Shown piece after piece: positions 8,698-18,481 of a stretch of 32,000 nucleotides of DNA (its first letter is position 1; each line of letters opens with the position of its first letter). The stretch spans positions 630,001 to 662,000 of the forward strand of contig NC_020304.1 of the NCBI RefSeq assembly GCF_000341395.1, written 5' to 3'. Both the position numbers and the translations under genes were made by a program. The notes under the pieces were generated by a model. That model did no database searches and had not been told where the DNA came from. It worked only from the letters and a program-made list of their open reading frames with translations. Source of the stretch: Desulfocapsa sulfexigens DSM 10523 (GTDB lineage: Bacteria > Desulfobacterota > Desulfobulbia > Desulfobulbales > Desulfocapsaceae).

Positions 8698-10848
8698 ATG
8701 AAAAGGTATGACAAGAAAATCTACATCGTCTTGATCAGCGTTCATGGGTTGATTCGCGGCCATAACCTCGAACTTGGATGCGATGCCGACACCGGCGGTC
8801 AAACCAAATACGTGGTTGAACTGGCACGCGCTCTTGGCGAACACCCTGATGTGGAAAAGGTTGATCTCGTGACCCGTCGTATTGTTGATCCGTCAGTCAG
8901 TGATGACTACAGCCAACGCTTTGAAAAGCTGTCCAAAAATGCCCAAATAGTTCGGATTGATTGCGGGGAAGAAACATATATTCCAAAAGAACACCTCTGG
9001 GATTGCCTTGACAACTTTGCAGATTCCATCCTCGAATACATCAAACTGCAACCCGAAATACCGTCAATTATTCATAGTCATTACGCTGATGCTGGCTATG
9101 TTGGAACGCGCCTCTCACACCTTCTTGGTATTCCGCTTGTCCACACCGGCCACTCTCTCGGGCGCAGTAAGCGGCGTCAACTTCTTGCAGCCGGTTATAA
9201 AAGAGAAATTCTCGAAGCTCGCTACAACATTACCACTCGTATCGAGGCCGAAGAAACAACACTGGGTGTCGCAGAGTGTGTCATCACAAGTACCAGCCAG
9301 GAAGTTTTTGAGCAGTATGCTGCCTATGACCACTACCAGCCCGAACGTATGCGCGTCGTCCCCCCGGGAACTGATCTCCAGCAGTTTTTTGTTCCAGAAG
9401 GCAACGAAGGAAGCAGTAGCATTGCAACAGAAATCTACCGTTTTTTGAAGGACCCTGAAAAACCAATCATTCTCGCTCTTTCCCGTCCTGATCCGCGTAA
9501 GAATATTCTCCAACTTATTGCCGCATACGGTGAATCACCGGAACTCCAGCAACTCGCAAATCTTGTCATTATTTCTGGCAATCGTGGTGATATCAGTGAG
9601 ATGGATGATGAAACTCAGGAAGTTCTGCAGAATATCCTGTTGCACATTGACCAGTATGACTTATACGGCAAAGTCGCCTATCCCAAGCACCATGAGCAAT
9701 CCGAGGTGGCTGTTATCTACCGTCTTGCAGCCATGAGCAAGGGGGTCTTTATCAATCCTGCATTGACCGAGCCCTTTGGCCTGACTCTGATTGAAGCGGC
9801 AGCCAGTGGCTTGCCTGTTGTTGCAACCGAAGATGGTGGTCCCATTGATATTATAGGCAATTGTCAGAATGGCTACCTCATTGACCCGCTCGACCGTGAA
9901 GACATTAAGAGCAAACTTCTTGACATACTTTCCCATCAGCAGCAGTGGGAAGAATTTGCTCAAAACGGGATACTCGGTGTACGAAAACACTATTCCTGGC
10001 AAGCACATACGGAGAAATTCCTTAAGATATTGCATCCCCTGATTACCAGTACGGTCACTACCCCACCATTTCACGCCAAACGCCGTAAGCAATTGCACCA
10101 TGATCGTGCATTATTCACTGATCTTGATCAGAACCTGTTGGGTAATCCTCCTGCCCTCACTACCTTCATCGAAGCCCTGCAGGCGAACCGAAAATGCGTT
10201 CTCTTTGGCATTGCCACCGGTCGGAGGCTGGATTCGGCAATGCAGGCTCTGAAGAAGCATCGGATTCCCATGCCAAACGTGCTGATAACCGGTCTTGGCA
10301 CTGAAATTTATTACAACCCCAACCTGGTACCGGATGCTGCATGGGAATTACATATAGATTATCTCTGGAATCCACGGATCGTCCGCCGCGCTCTCCGGGA
10401 GTTACCGGGTCTGAAACTGCAACCGCGCCTGGAACAGGGCCGTTTCAAAGTCAGTTACTATATTGACCCACAGATTGCCCCTGATATTCAGCACATCAAC
10501 AAACTACTGAACCAGGAAGGACTGGCAGCCAATGTGGTCCTCTCTTTCGGACAATACCTTGATGTCATCCCCGTCCGTGCATCCAAGGGGCTTGCCCTGC
10601 GCTGGGTGGCCGAAAGATATGAAATTCCACTCGAAAGGATACTGGCTGCAGGTGGTTCCGGTGCTGATGAAGACATGATGCGTGGAAATATGCTTGCTGT
10701 CGTGGTTGCCAACCGCCACAACGAGGAACTTTCTGACCTGGCACATGTGGATGAGATTTTCTTTGCCTCACGACCGTTCGCGGAAGGCATTCTTGAAGCT
10801 ATCGAACTGTACAATTTTTTCGAGACCTGTGAAATACAGGAAACATAA
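8698..10848 (+). CDS. sps: Sucrose-phosphate synthase: a GT4 glycosyltransferase domain fused to a C-terminal SPP-like HAD domain
   Basis: 716 aa. The N-terminus YIVLISVHGLIRGHNLELGCDADTGGQTKYVVELARAL is the classic SPS signature, and the GT-B C-lobe has the EPFGLTLIEAAASGLPVVAT motif. The C-terminal about 250 aa are HAD-IIB/SPP-like, but motif I is DLDQN (10120-10134) and motif IV is GGSGADED (10651-10674). Confidence 0.9.
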   Translation: MKRYDKKIYIVLISVHGLIRGHNLELGCDADTGGQTKYVVELARALGEHPDVEKVDLVTRRIVDPSVSDDYSQRFEKLSKNAQIVRIDCGEETYIPKEHLWDCLDNFADSILEYIKLQPEIPSIIHSHYADAGYVGTRLSHLLGIPLVHTGHSLGRSKRRQLLAAGYKREILEARYNITTRIEAEETTLGVAECVITSTSQEVFEQYAAYDHYQPERMRVVPPGTDLQQFFVPEGNEGSSSIATEIYRFLKDPEKPIILALSRPDPRKNILQLIAAYGESPELQQLANLVIISGNRGDISEMDDETQEVLQNILLHIDQYDLYGKVAYPKHHEQSEVAVIYRLAAMSKGVFINPALTEPFGLTLIEAAASGLPVVATEDGGPIDIIGNCQNGYLIDPLDREDIKSKLLDILSHQQQWEEFAQNGILGVRKHYSWQAHTEKFLKILHPLITSTVTTPPFHAKRRKQLHHDRALFTDLDQNLLGNPPALTTFIEALQANRKCVLFGIATGRRLDSAMQALKKHRIPMPNVLITGLGTEIYYNPNLVPDAAWELHIDYLWNPRIVRRALRELPGLKLQPRLEQGRFKVSYYIDPQIAPDIQHINKLLNQEGLAANVVLSFGQYLDVIPVRASKGLALRWVAERYEIPLERILAAGGSGADEDMMRGNMLAVVVANRHNEELSDLAHVDEIFFASRPFAEGILEAIELYNFFETCEIQET

Positions 10849-10850
10849 AC

Positions 10851-11690
10851 ATGCGCCTTCTTGTTTGTACAGATCTTGACCGTACGTTACTTCCTAACGG
10901 CTTCGATCCAGAGTCACCCGATGCTCGCACATGGTTTCACAGACTTGCTGCACTGCCTGGAATAACCCTCGCTTACGTTACCGGGCGTGACCAGAAATTA
11001 GTACGGGAAGCTATCAATGAATACACCCTCCCTATGCCAGATTTCGTGCTCGGGGATGTGGGTTCTTCCATCTATGTGTGTAAACAACACGAATGGCATC
11101 CCATGTCAGACTGGCAGGCCCACATAGCACAGGACTGGGGCGGCTTTACCCATTCCGACATTGCAGCCTTCCTGAAGGGAAATCCAGAGATACAGTTGCA
11201 GGAAGAGAGCAAGCAGAACACATACAAGGTAAGTTACTACGCACCCATAGATACAAATCACAAAACACTTTTACCCAAACTGCAGAGTCAACTCCAGGAA
11301 CACCACATCGATGCCAGCCTCATCTGGAGCCTGGACGAACCTGCCGGCAAAGGTTTATTAGACATACTTCCAGCCCGTGCCACCAAACGTCATGCCATCG
11401 AGTTCCTCATGGAAAAACATGGATACGGATTTGACAATACTGTATTCTCCGGCGACAGCGGCAATGACCTCCCGGTTCTTATCAGTCCGATCCACTCTGT
11501 TCTCGTTCATAACGCCAGCACCGATGTTAAAAGGGAAGGACAACGCATGGCAAAAGCAGCTGGAACAGAGAAAGCCCTCTATCTCGCCCATGGTGGTTTC
11601 AAAGGAATGAACGGAAATTACGCAGCAGGAATACTGGAAGGTGTCGCTCACTATCACCCTGAAATCAAAACGTTGCTGGAGTCCGATTAA
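10851..11690 (+). CDS. spp: Sucrose-6-phosphate phosphatase (HAD-IIB, SPP family)
   Basis: 279 aa. HAD motif I (DLDRT, 10872-10886) is intact. It also has YVTGRD, GDVGSSIY, KVSYY, DILPARATK, GDSGND and a C-terminal AGILEGVAHY, which parallels cyanobacterial SPP as I remember it. The gene starts 2 nt after the sps stop. Confidence 0.8.
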   Translation: MRLLVCTDLDRTLLPNGFDPESPDARTWFHRLAALPGITLAYVTGRDQKLVREAINEYTLPMPDFVLGDVGSSIYVCKQHEWHPMSDWQAHIAQDWGGFTHSDIAAFLKGNPEIQLQEESKQNTYKVSYYAPIDTNHKTLLPKLQSQLQEHHIDASLIWSLDEPAGKGLLDILPARATKRHAIEFLMEKHGYGFDNTVFSGDSGNDLPVLISPIHSVLVHNASTDVKREGQRMAKAAGTEKALYLAHGGFKGMNGNYAAGILEGVAHYHPEIKTLLESD

Positions 11691-13646
11691 ATGTACGAAC
11701 AAGTATCACATTCCCTGTTAAACGAAATACTCACTGACTTAAAACCTGAAATACACAAAAAGGATTTACGTCACTTTTACACCCGCCTGGGAGCAAATTT
11801 CTACTCCATCCATTCCTTATTTGCTGTTCTCTATGGCAAGCGTGATGATTTCAAGGCGCAGATGCAAAAACTGGTGGAAACCATGGCTGGACAGTATATC
11901 CAGCGCCCTGCCCACCTCAAACAGAGTGACCTTGCACGCGAAAACGACCACAACTGGTTTCTCAGTCAGGAATGGGTCGGCATGGCACAGTATGCAGATG
12001 GATATGCTAAAAACTTGTCTGAATTACAGCAACGCGTCCACTATTTTCTGGAACTCGGAGTCAATATGATCCATCTCATGCCGATGATGGTCTGTCCGCA
12101 GGGTGCAAGTGACGGTGGCTATGCTGTGAGTGATTTTCGCCAGATAGACCAACGCTTCGGCAGTCTCGAAGATCTCCATAATCTTGCCGGGGAATTTCAA
12201 AAACATGGAATTCTCCTGACTCTTGATGTCGTGCTCAATCACACTTCCAATGAACATGAGTGGGCACAAAAAGCAAAGAATGGAGACCCGACCTACCAGG
12301 AGTATTACTATATTTTTGACAATCGAGAAGTCCCTGACATGTTTGAAGTTACCATGCCGGAGGTCTTTCCGGAAACCTCTTCAGGTAACTTCACCTGGGA
12401 CGAGGACATGGGCAAGTGGGTTATGACCGTTTTCAACGACTACCAGTGGGATCTGAACTATAGCAATCCTGCGGTATTCATTGAAATGGTCGATATCATT
12501 TTGTATTGGGCAAATCAGGGTGCTGATATTCTGCGCCTCGATGCAGTTGCCTTCCTGTGGAAAAAAATCGGCAGTATCTGTCAAAACGAACGTGAAGCAC
12601 ACCTTCTGCTGCAACTGATGAAAGACTGCTGTCAGGTTACAGCCCCCGGTGTATTGTTTATTGCTGAAGCCATAGTTGCCCCAGTCGAAATCACCAAGTA
12701 TTTCGGAGAGGATGCTATCAACGCCAAAGAATGTGAAATAGCCTATAACGCCAGTCTTATGGCATTGCTGTGGGATGCGGTTGCAACAAAGAATGCCAGG
12801 TTGCTGACGCAGGGCATAAAAAGTCTGCCAGACAAACTCGAACGTGCCACCTGGCTCAATTACGTACGCTGCCATGATGATATCGGTCTTGGCTATGATG
12901 ATAATGACATCCGGGCAGTGGATTACGAGCCGCATGCTCATCGTCAGTTTCTAATAGACTATTATACCGGAAAATATGGTGATTCCTCATCCCGGGGCCT
13001 TCCTTTTGGCCACAATGATAAGACCGGCGACACCCGTATTTCCGGATCACTTGCTTCACTGGTTGGATTGGAGGCGGCATTGGATTCCGGTGATCAAGCG
13101 GAAACTGAGGATGCCATTAAAACTATTTTATTATTGCACAGTCTGATCATGTCCTTTGGAGGGATTCCCCTGCTGTACTACGGGGATGAAATAGGCACAC
13201 TGAACGACAACAGCTATCTTGAAGATCCGGCCAAGGCCAACGACAGCCGCTGGGCCCATCGTCCCCATATCAACTGGGAGAAAGCTGAACTGCGGAACAC
13301 CCCAGGTACTGTGGAATACAAGCTCTTTTCCGCCTTGAAGAAAATGATAGCAGTACGCAAAGAGATATCAGCCTTTGCTGATTTTAACAACCGTGAACTA
13401 CTTGATGTCGAAAACCCACATCTCTTCGTTTTTGCACGATTTGAGTACATTCAGCCGACGAACAGAGTATTAGTAGTGGCGAATTTTGACAGTGTACCAC
13501 AACATCTGAATCTCGAAGATATTGGCCGCAAAGCATATTTTCGCAACGATACTATTCGCGACCTGTATTCAGGTGAAAAACCGGCAATGTTCAATACCGA
13601 CCTGGTCATTCCGCCATACCAGTTCTACTGGTTGACAGATCAGTAA
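11691..13646 (+). CDS. ams: Amylosucrase (GH13 sucrose-utilising transglucosidase)
   Basis: 651 aa, with long collinear matches to Neisseria polysaccharea amylosucrase as I remember it: LNHTSNEHEWAQKA, FNDYQWDLNYSNP, GADILRLDAVAFLWKK (nucleophile Asp), FIAEAIV (acid/base Glu), YVRCHDDIG, DSRWAHRP and MIAVRK. The start codon directly abuts the spp stop. Confidence 0.9.
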   Translation: MYEQVSHSLLNEILTDLKPEIHKKDLRHFYTRLGANFYSIHSLFAVLYGKRDDFKAQMQKLVETMAGQYIQRPAHLKQSDLARENDHNWFLSQEWVGMAQYADGYAKNLSELQQRVHYFLELGVNMIHLMPMMVCPQGASDGGYAVSDFRQIDQRFGSLEDLHNLAGEFQKHGILLTLDVVLNHTSNEHEWAQKAKNGDPTYQEYYYIFDNREVPDMFEVTMPEVFPETSSGNFTWDEDMGKWVMTVFNDYQWDLNYSNPAVFIEMVDIILYWANQGADILRLDAVAFLWKKIGSICQNEREAHLLLQLMKDCCQVTAPGVLFIAEAIVAPVEITKYFGEDAINAKECEIAYNASLMALLWDAVATKNARLLTQGIKSLPDKLERATWLNYVRCHDDIGLGYDDNDIRAVDYEPHAHRQFLIDYYTGKYGDSSSRGLPFGHNDKTGDTRISGSLASLVGLEAALDSGDQAETEDAIKTILLLHSLIMSFGGIPLLYYGDEIGTLNDNSYLEDPAKANDSRWAHRPHINWEKAELRNTPGTVEYKLFSALKKMIAVRKEISAFADFNNRELLDVENPHLFVFARFEYIQPTNRVLVVANFDSVPQHLNLEDIGRKAYFRNDTIRDLYSGEKPAMFNTDLVIPPYQFYWLTDQ

Positions 13647-13791
13647 CTCTTTTTGTCGGTAACGTGGATTTTACCACTATGTGTCGAATCGCCATTTTCA
13701 TTATTTCATCCAAGCCGCTCCAGTATTCACAACAGAGAATAGTCTCTTTCTACGCGACGAACTGTATGAATCTCAGTATACAATAAAAACC

Positions 13792-14697
13792 ATGAACAAA
13801 TTTATCATTGCAGGAATAGGTGAACTTCTTTGGGATGTTTTAGAGGAGTCCGAGGAACTGGGTGGCGCACCTGTCAATTTTTCTTATCATGCAAATAGCT
13901 TGGGTGCAAAGGGCTACGCCATCTCGACCGTGGGGGATGACAGGCGTGGAAAAGCAGCCTTGGCAGTACTGGAAAAACGAAAGATGTCGACAAGGTACAT
14001 TACCGTTCGTAAAGGAGCTGTTACCGGATATGTGCTTGCCAATGTGGATGACAAAGGTGTCGCATCGTATTCTTTTCCTGATGACGTGGCCTGGGATCAC
14101 CTAACGTTGGCTGAACCGACCCTGTCCCTGGCAAAAGAGGTGGATGCCATCTGTTTCGGCAGTCTTGGACAACGTTCCCCCAAGGCGCGCCTGGCAATTG
14201 TTTCATTTTTACAGGCTACCCGACCTGATACCCTTAGAATTTTTGACATCAATCTGAGACAGCATTTCTACACCACTGAAATAATACAGAATTCTCTAAA
14301 ACTAGCGAATGTTCTAAAATTAAACAACGAAGAACTCGAGGTGCTTGGAGTCATAAACGACATCAAAGGTGATGAACGTTCTCTCCTGAAAAAACTGGTA
14401 GAGAAATATAACCTGCAGTTAGCGGTCCTCACCCGCGGTGGGAAGGGGAGCCTTTTAGTATCCCCTGCTGAAATATCCAGTCATCCTGGGTGCCCCACCA
14501 ATATCGTGGACACCATAGGTGCCGGCGACTCCTTCACTGCTGCAACTGCTCTTGGCTTATTAAGAGGATACCCCCTGTCAACGATCAACGATCACGCAAA
14601 CAGAGTTGCAGCATTTGTCTGTTCCCAAAAAGGGGCTATGCCGTTGTTACCAGTGGACCTGCGGGAAAACATATCCAAGACTGTACAATTAAGTTGA
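13792..14697 (+). CDS. Fructokinase / PfkB-family sugar kinase
   Basis: I trimmed the track ORF (GTG at 13681) to the ATG at 13792, giving MNKFIIAGIGELLWDVL. The PfkB signatures GGAPVNF and TIGAGDSFTAA (catalytic Asp) are present. The position after sps-spp-ams fits a fructokinase role. Confidence 0.8.
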   Translation: MNKFIIAGIGELLWDVLEESEELGGAPVNFSYHANSLGAKGYAISTVGDDRRGKAALAVLEKRKMSTRYITVRKGAVTGYVLANVDDKGVASYSFPDDVAWDHLTLAEPTLSLAKEVDAICFGSLGQRSPKARLAIVSFLQATRPDTLRIFDINLRQHFYTTEIIQNSLKLANVLKLNNEELEVLGVINDIKGDERSLLKKLVEKYNLQLAVLTRGGKGSLLVSPAEISSHPGCPTNIVDTIGAGDSFTAATALGLLRGYPLSTINDHANRVAAFVCSQKGAMPLLPVDLRENISKTVQLS

Positions 14698-14740
14698 ACT
14701 GTTTCTCAATGAAAAACAGTTGCACAGACACGAGGCAAAA

Positions 14741-16105
14741 ATGAGCAATGAAAAAACTTCCTGGCAACAGGTCGCTGAACTGATCACCGCGAAAAACAGT
14801 GCAGCCCTGCTTGAATACATTGATACCCTGAGTCCATCCGAGACGGCAAGAACCATTTCACGGCTTCCGGAAGAGACACGACTCCAGCTCTTCACTCTTC
14901 TCAGTCCCGAAGATGCCGCCGATGTTATTGAAGATATCCCCGAAGCTCAGGCTGCAGATCTGGTGGAGGAAATGCCATCGAATCAGGCGGCTGCCATTAT
15001 GGAGGAGCTGGACAGCGATCACCTTGTCGATGTTCTCGGGGAGATGGATGAAGACACCAGTCGGGCAATCCTTGCAGAGATGGACCAGGAAGAGGCCAGA
15101 GAGGCCCGGATGCTCCTTGAGTACGATTCGGATTGTGCCGGTGGACTGATGATTTCTGAGTTTCTCTCCTACACGAGCGACAAAACTATCCAGGATGTAC
15201 TCGACGACATGCAGGCCAACCGTGAAGAGTATGGCGGATACCATGTCCAGTATTTTTATGTTGTTGATCGAAAAGGAAAACTGAGTGGAATCCTTCAGAT
15301 GCACGACCTCCTTTTTCCTTCGCGAAAAACACCTCTTTCTCAGATAATGATCAGCTCGCCCTTGAGCGTCTCAGACAAGGCATCGCTTGCCGAACTGGAA
15401 GATTTCTTTGAAGAACATCACTTTTTTGGCGTGCCTGTTGTCGACGAAGAAAAGCGGCTTGTGGGAGTGGTATTGCCTGGAGCCATTGAAGAGGCGGTCA
15501 ATAAGCGAAAGACAAAAAACTTCCTCAACCTGAGCGGCATTGTCGGCGGTGAAGAGTTTCGAACCATGCCTCTGCTCACCCGTTCCGGTCGCAGGCTCTC
15601 CTGGCTAAGTGTTAATATCGTTCTCAATATCATGGCCGCAAGTGTCATTGCCATGTACCAGGACACCCTGGCAGCAGTAATCACCCTGGCAGTTTTTCTG
15701 CCCATGGTCAGTGACATGAGTGGCTGTTCCGGCAACCAGGCCGTAGCTGTTTCAATGAGAGAACTTTCGCTGGGACTCGTCCGTCCAGGGGAGATTCTGT
15801 GGGTACTGGCCAAGGAGGCCAGAGTGGGTATAATTAATGGTGCTGTCCTGGGAGTACTTCTAGGCTCCATTGCCTATTTCTGGAAGGGCAATGCCTGGCT
15901 CGGCCTCGTAGTGGGTGGAGCCCTGGCTGCTAACACCCTGGTATCTGTCACTCTGGGTGGTATGTTGCCCCTGCTTCTCAAACGGTTAAAACTTGACCCT
16001 GCCCTGGTTTCCAGCCCCCTGCTGACAACAGTCACCGATATGTGCGGTTTCTTCTTTGTTTTAAGTTTTGCCGCTGCAGTACTGCCAAAACTTGGAGGCA
16101 TGTAA
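14741..16105 (+). CDS. mgtE: Magnesium transporter MgtE
   Basis: It has an acidic MgtE_N domain (EDAADVIEDIPEAQAADLVEEMP...AAIMEELDSD), a CBS pair, and a C-terminal five-TM MgtE domain with PLLTTVTDMCGFFFVL. I prefer the ATG at 14741 to the track's TTG at 14720. Confidence 0.9.
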   Translation: MSNEKTSWQQVAELITAKNSAALLEYIDTLSPSETARTISRLPEETRLQLFTLLSPEDAADVIEDIPEAQAADLVEEMPSNQAAAIMEELDSDHLVDVLGEMDEDTSRAILAEMDQEEAREARMLLEYDSDCAGGLMISEFLSYTSDKTIQDVLDDMQANREEYGGYHVQYFYVVDRKGKLSGILQMHDLLFPSRKTPLSQIMISSPLSVSDKASLAELEDFFEEHHFFGVPVVDEEKRLVGVVLPGAIEEAVNKRKTKNFLNLSGIVGGEEFRTMPLLTRSGRRLSWLSVNIVLNIMAASVIAMYQDTLAAVITLAVFLPMVSDMSGCSGNQAVAVSMRELSLGLVRPGEILWVLAKEARVGIINGAVLGVLLGSIAYFWKGNAWLGLVVGGALAANTLVSVTLGGMLPLLLKRLKLDPALVSSPLLTTVTDMCGFFFVLSFAAAVLPKLGGM

Positions 16106-16486
16106 CCGTTCTGTAAGACCAGAACACTCGCCGGAGAAGGAAATCCATATCATATGTCAAAAAATATTCTTTGAGTTCACTCTCCAATAAATGTAACATA
16201 TAAGTTAATGATTCTTTTTTTTAATATTACTTTCCGACCACGGAACTCAGTACGCTTTGTAATCCACTCATTTTACTAACTAAAAAATCAACAAACCGGC
16301 TCTTTCAGACATAAGGAGGATCTTATAAAATACTCTTTCGAAAGCATCAAGCCACTTAAAACTCTTACCACAGGCATCCAGAGGAGATTCAGAGAATGCA
16401 GGTGATTGTGCAGATAAACGAGCTTACGAAATTCGGTAAGGCCTTTCTTCCAATATTTCCATAACACCTTTCCATACAGTAGCCCT

Positions 16487-18481
16487 ATGCTCTCTCTTTT
16501 TAAATCTATTCGCGGTAACGTCTTTGCTTACCTGGTTCTCCTGGTCTCAATATATTCCTTTTCCAATTATTTCATTATCAACCTGATTGTTTCACCAAGT
16601 CATATAGCGGTGGAACGTCAATTGGCCCAAGAGGAGATGGAGCGTTTTACCGAAGCTCTACTGCGAGAAGGAGAAGCACTGGGAGTTCTCGCCCATGACT
16701 GGTCGGCATGGGATGACACCTACGAGTTTGTGCAAAGCAGATATCAGGAATATATCACCTCAAATCTTCCCAACACCACCTTCACAAATGGAGGGCTGAA
16801 TCTCCTCCATTTCTTTCGCCCCGATGGCTCTCTTGTGTGGAGCAAACTTCTCGACCTTGAAACTGAAGAAGAAATATCACTCACCGAATTCCCTTCAACC
16901 GGACTACCAGGCGATCATCCTTTATTGCACCATCCTCGCCCAGACAGTGCCATCAATGGATTCGTCAAAACAGAACTCGGCCCGATGCTTGTTTCCTCTC
17001 ACCCCATCATCACCAGCGAAAATACCGGGCCAATTGCAGGAACACTGATCTTTGGCCGCCTCCTCACGGAACGGCTGATGACAAAACTCAGGAAACAAAC
17101 CAAGGTTCGATGTCGCCTCATCAACCTCAGTGATCCCAATGAACTGGCAACTCTCCCTATTAATATCTCATCACTTGGGCCGGACACTCCTTATGGCTAT
17201 CATATCACCGCAAACAAAATAATTATTTTCAGTACATTTTCTGATTATCAGGGTACCCCAGAATGGCTCCTGGAAGTACACGCCGATCGTCTGATCACTT
17301 CGCAGACCAGTGAACTAATGCGCTTTGTCGTGTTTTCTAACATCGGTATCGGCCTTGTCATCATCATCCTGTTCCTTCTCCTCTACCGTTACCAGCAGAG
17401 GCTTGCAACTTCCACATTTCGAGATGTAATCAACCAGTTTTTCCAAGATAAAACTCAAGGGAGGCAAAAAAAACCGATCCTCGATACTTTTAGCACTGAC
17501 GAATTTTCCGAACTCGGACAGGACCTGCGTTTAATGATCGCCAGTTTTGAACAAACAGACAAAGACCAGAAAAACATCATCAACAGACATAGCATCTCGC
17601 TGCGACAACTGAATAACAAACTGGTTGACGAGATTAAGGAACGTCTGCAGATTGAAAAAGACCTCCATGCAATCCAAAAAAATCTTGAAAAACAGGTAAA
17701 ACAAAGAACCTTTGAACTCCTGGAAACAAATAGTGTCCTGCAGAGGGAGATTGAAAGAAGGAAGGGGAAAGAGAAGGAACTGATAAAACATCGAAAGCGC
17801 CTTCGTTCCCTTTCATCGGAACTCATGGAGATGGAAGACAGGGAGCGACGTCAACTCGCAACTGACCTTCATGACCAGATAGGCCAGTCCCTCTCTGCTG
17901 TCAAAATGTACGCGGATGCTCTTATTGCATCTGCATCGCATAAAAGCAGCAAAGAAAAACTTGAACTGATCGCAGATATTGTCGCTGAAACAATTCAGGA
18001 TGTCCGCACCCTCACCTTCGAATTAAGCCCACCCATTTTATATGAGATCGGTCTCCATGCTGCCCTTGACTGGCTTGCAGAAGAATTCCTCCAGAAATAT
18101 GGTCTTATAATCACCTCCACCTGCGATGAATGTCCGAAATGTACAACTCCTGCCTTTCTGGCCCTCATTTTTCGGACAATTCGGGAATTGCTGACAAATG
18201 TTGTCAGACACGCCAATGCAGAGAAAGCTGAGGTCGAAGTGCGATGTACAGGTAAGGGGGTACGGATTACCGTAAAGGATGATGGTTGCGGTATGGTAAA
18301 AGAACAGCTAAATAACGAAGACTCCCCGAACACTGGCTTTGGCCTTTTCAGTATCCGGGAAAGGATAAACAATATCGGCGGTACGGTGGAAATTAATTCC
18401 ACAAAAGATGTCGGAACAGAAATAATTCTCACAATTCCAATCAAAGAGGCCTGCGCTGAATCCGGCAGGACAGAGCAATGA
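16487..18481 (+). CDS. Sensor histidine kinase: periplasmic CHASE4-like domain, TM helix, coiled coil, HisKA_3 and HATPase_c
   Basis: 664 aa. The N-terminal TM is followed by LAHDWSAWDDTYEFV, which is CHASE4-like. A second TM (VVFSNIGIGLVIIILFLLLY) and a K/E-rich coiled coil follow. The H-box is DLHDQIGQSLSAVK (NarX/DegS-type HisKA_3), the N-box is ELLTNVVRHANA and the G-box is DDGCGM...GFGLFSIRER. Confidence 0.9.
   Translation: MLSLFKSIRGNVFAYLVLLVSIYSFSNYFIINLIVSPSHIAVERQLAQEEMERFTEALLREGEALGVLAHDWSAWDDTYEFVQSRYQEYITSNLPNTTFTNGGLNLLHFFRPDGSLVWSKLLDLETEEEISLTEFPSTGLPGDHPLLHHPRPDSAINGFVKTELGPMLVSSHPIITSENTGPIAGTLIFGRLLTERLMTKLRKQTKVRCRLINLSDPNELATLPINISSLGPDTPYGYHITANKIIIFSTFSDYQGTPEWLLEVHADRLITSQTSELMRFVVFSNIGIGLVIIILFLLLYRYQQRLATSTFRDVINQFFQDKTQGRQKKPILDTFSTDEFSELGQDLRLMIASFEQTDKDQKNIINRHSISLRQLNNKLVDEIKERLQIEKDLHAIQKNLEKQVKQRTFELLETNSVLQREIERRKGKEKELIKHRKRLRSLSSELMEMEDRERRQLATDLHDQIGQSLSAVKMYADALIASASHKSSKEKLELIADIVAETIQDVRTLTFELSPPILYEIGLHAALDWLAEEFLQKYGLIITSTCDECPKCTTPAFLALIFRTIRELLTNVVRHANAEKAEVEVRCTGKGVRITVKDDGCGMVKEQLNNEDSPNTGFGLFSIRERINNIGGTVEINSTKDVGTEIILTIPIKEACAESGRTEQ

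Noticed and set aside
12381-12941. A 186-aa minus-strand ORF inside the amylosucrase gene. The same applies to the many 60-170-aa ORFs nested in sps, ams, mgtE, the kinase and the cytochromes.
   Set aside because: All of them are embedded in genes with strong full-length family signatures on the other frame or strand, and none has motifs of its own.
14698-14740. An M-box (Mg2+) riboswitch in front of mgtE
   Set aside because: Only about 40 nt separate the fructokinase stop from the mgtE start, which is far too short for an M-box. mgtE is probably co-transcribed with or read through from the upstream gene.
16106-16130. A short hairpin, GTTCTG-TAAGAC-CAGAAC, right after the mgtE stop, considered as a terminator
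   Set aside because: It has only a 6-bp AT/GC-mixed stem and no following T-run, so the evidence is not sufficient.
16396-16464. A 22-codon mini-ORF (MQVIVQINELTKFGKAFLPIFP) with GAGGAG 9 nt upstream, lying in the AT-rich spacer before the histidine kinase
   Set aside because: It is too short to evaluate, has no recognisable leader-peptide logic, and could arise by chance. Ribosome profiling would be needed before calling it.
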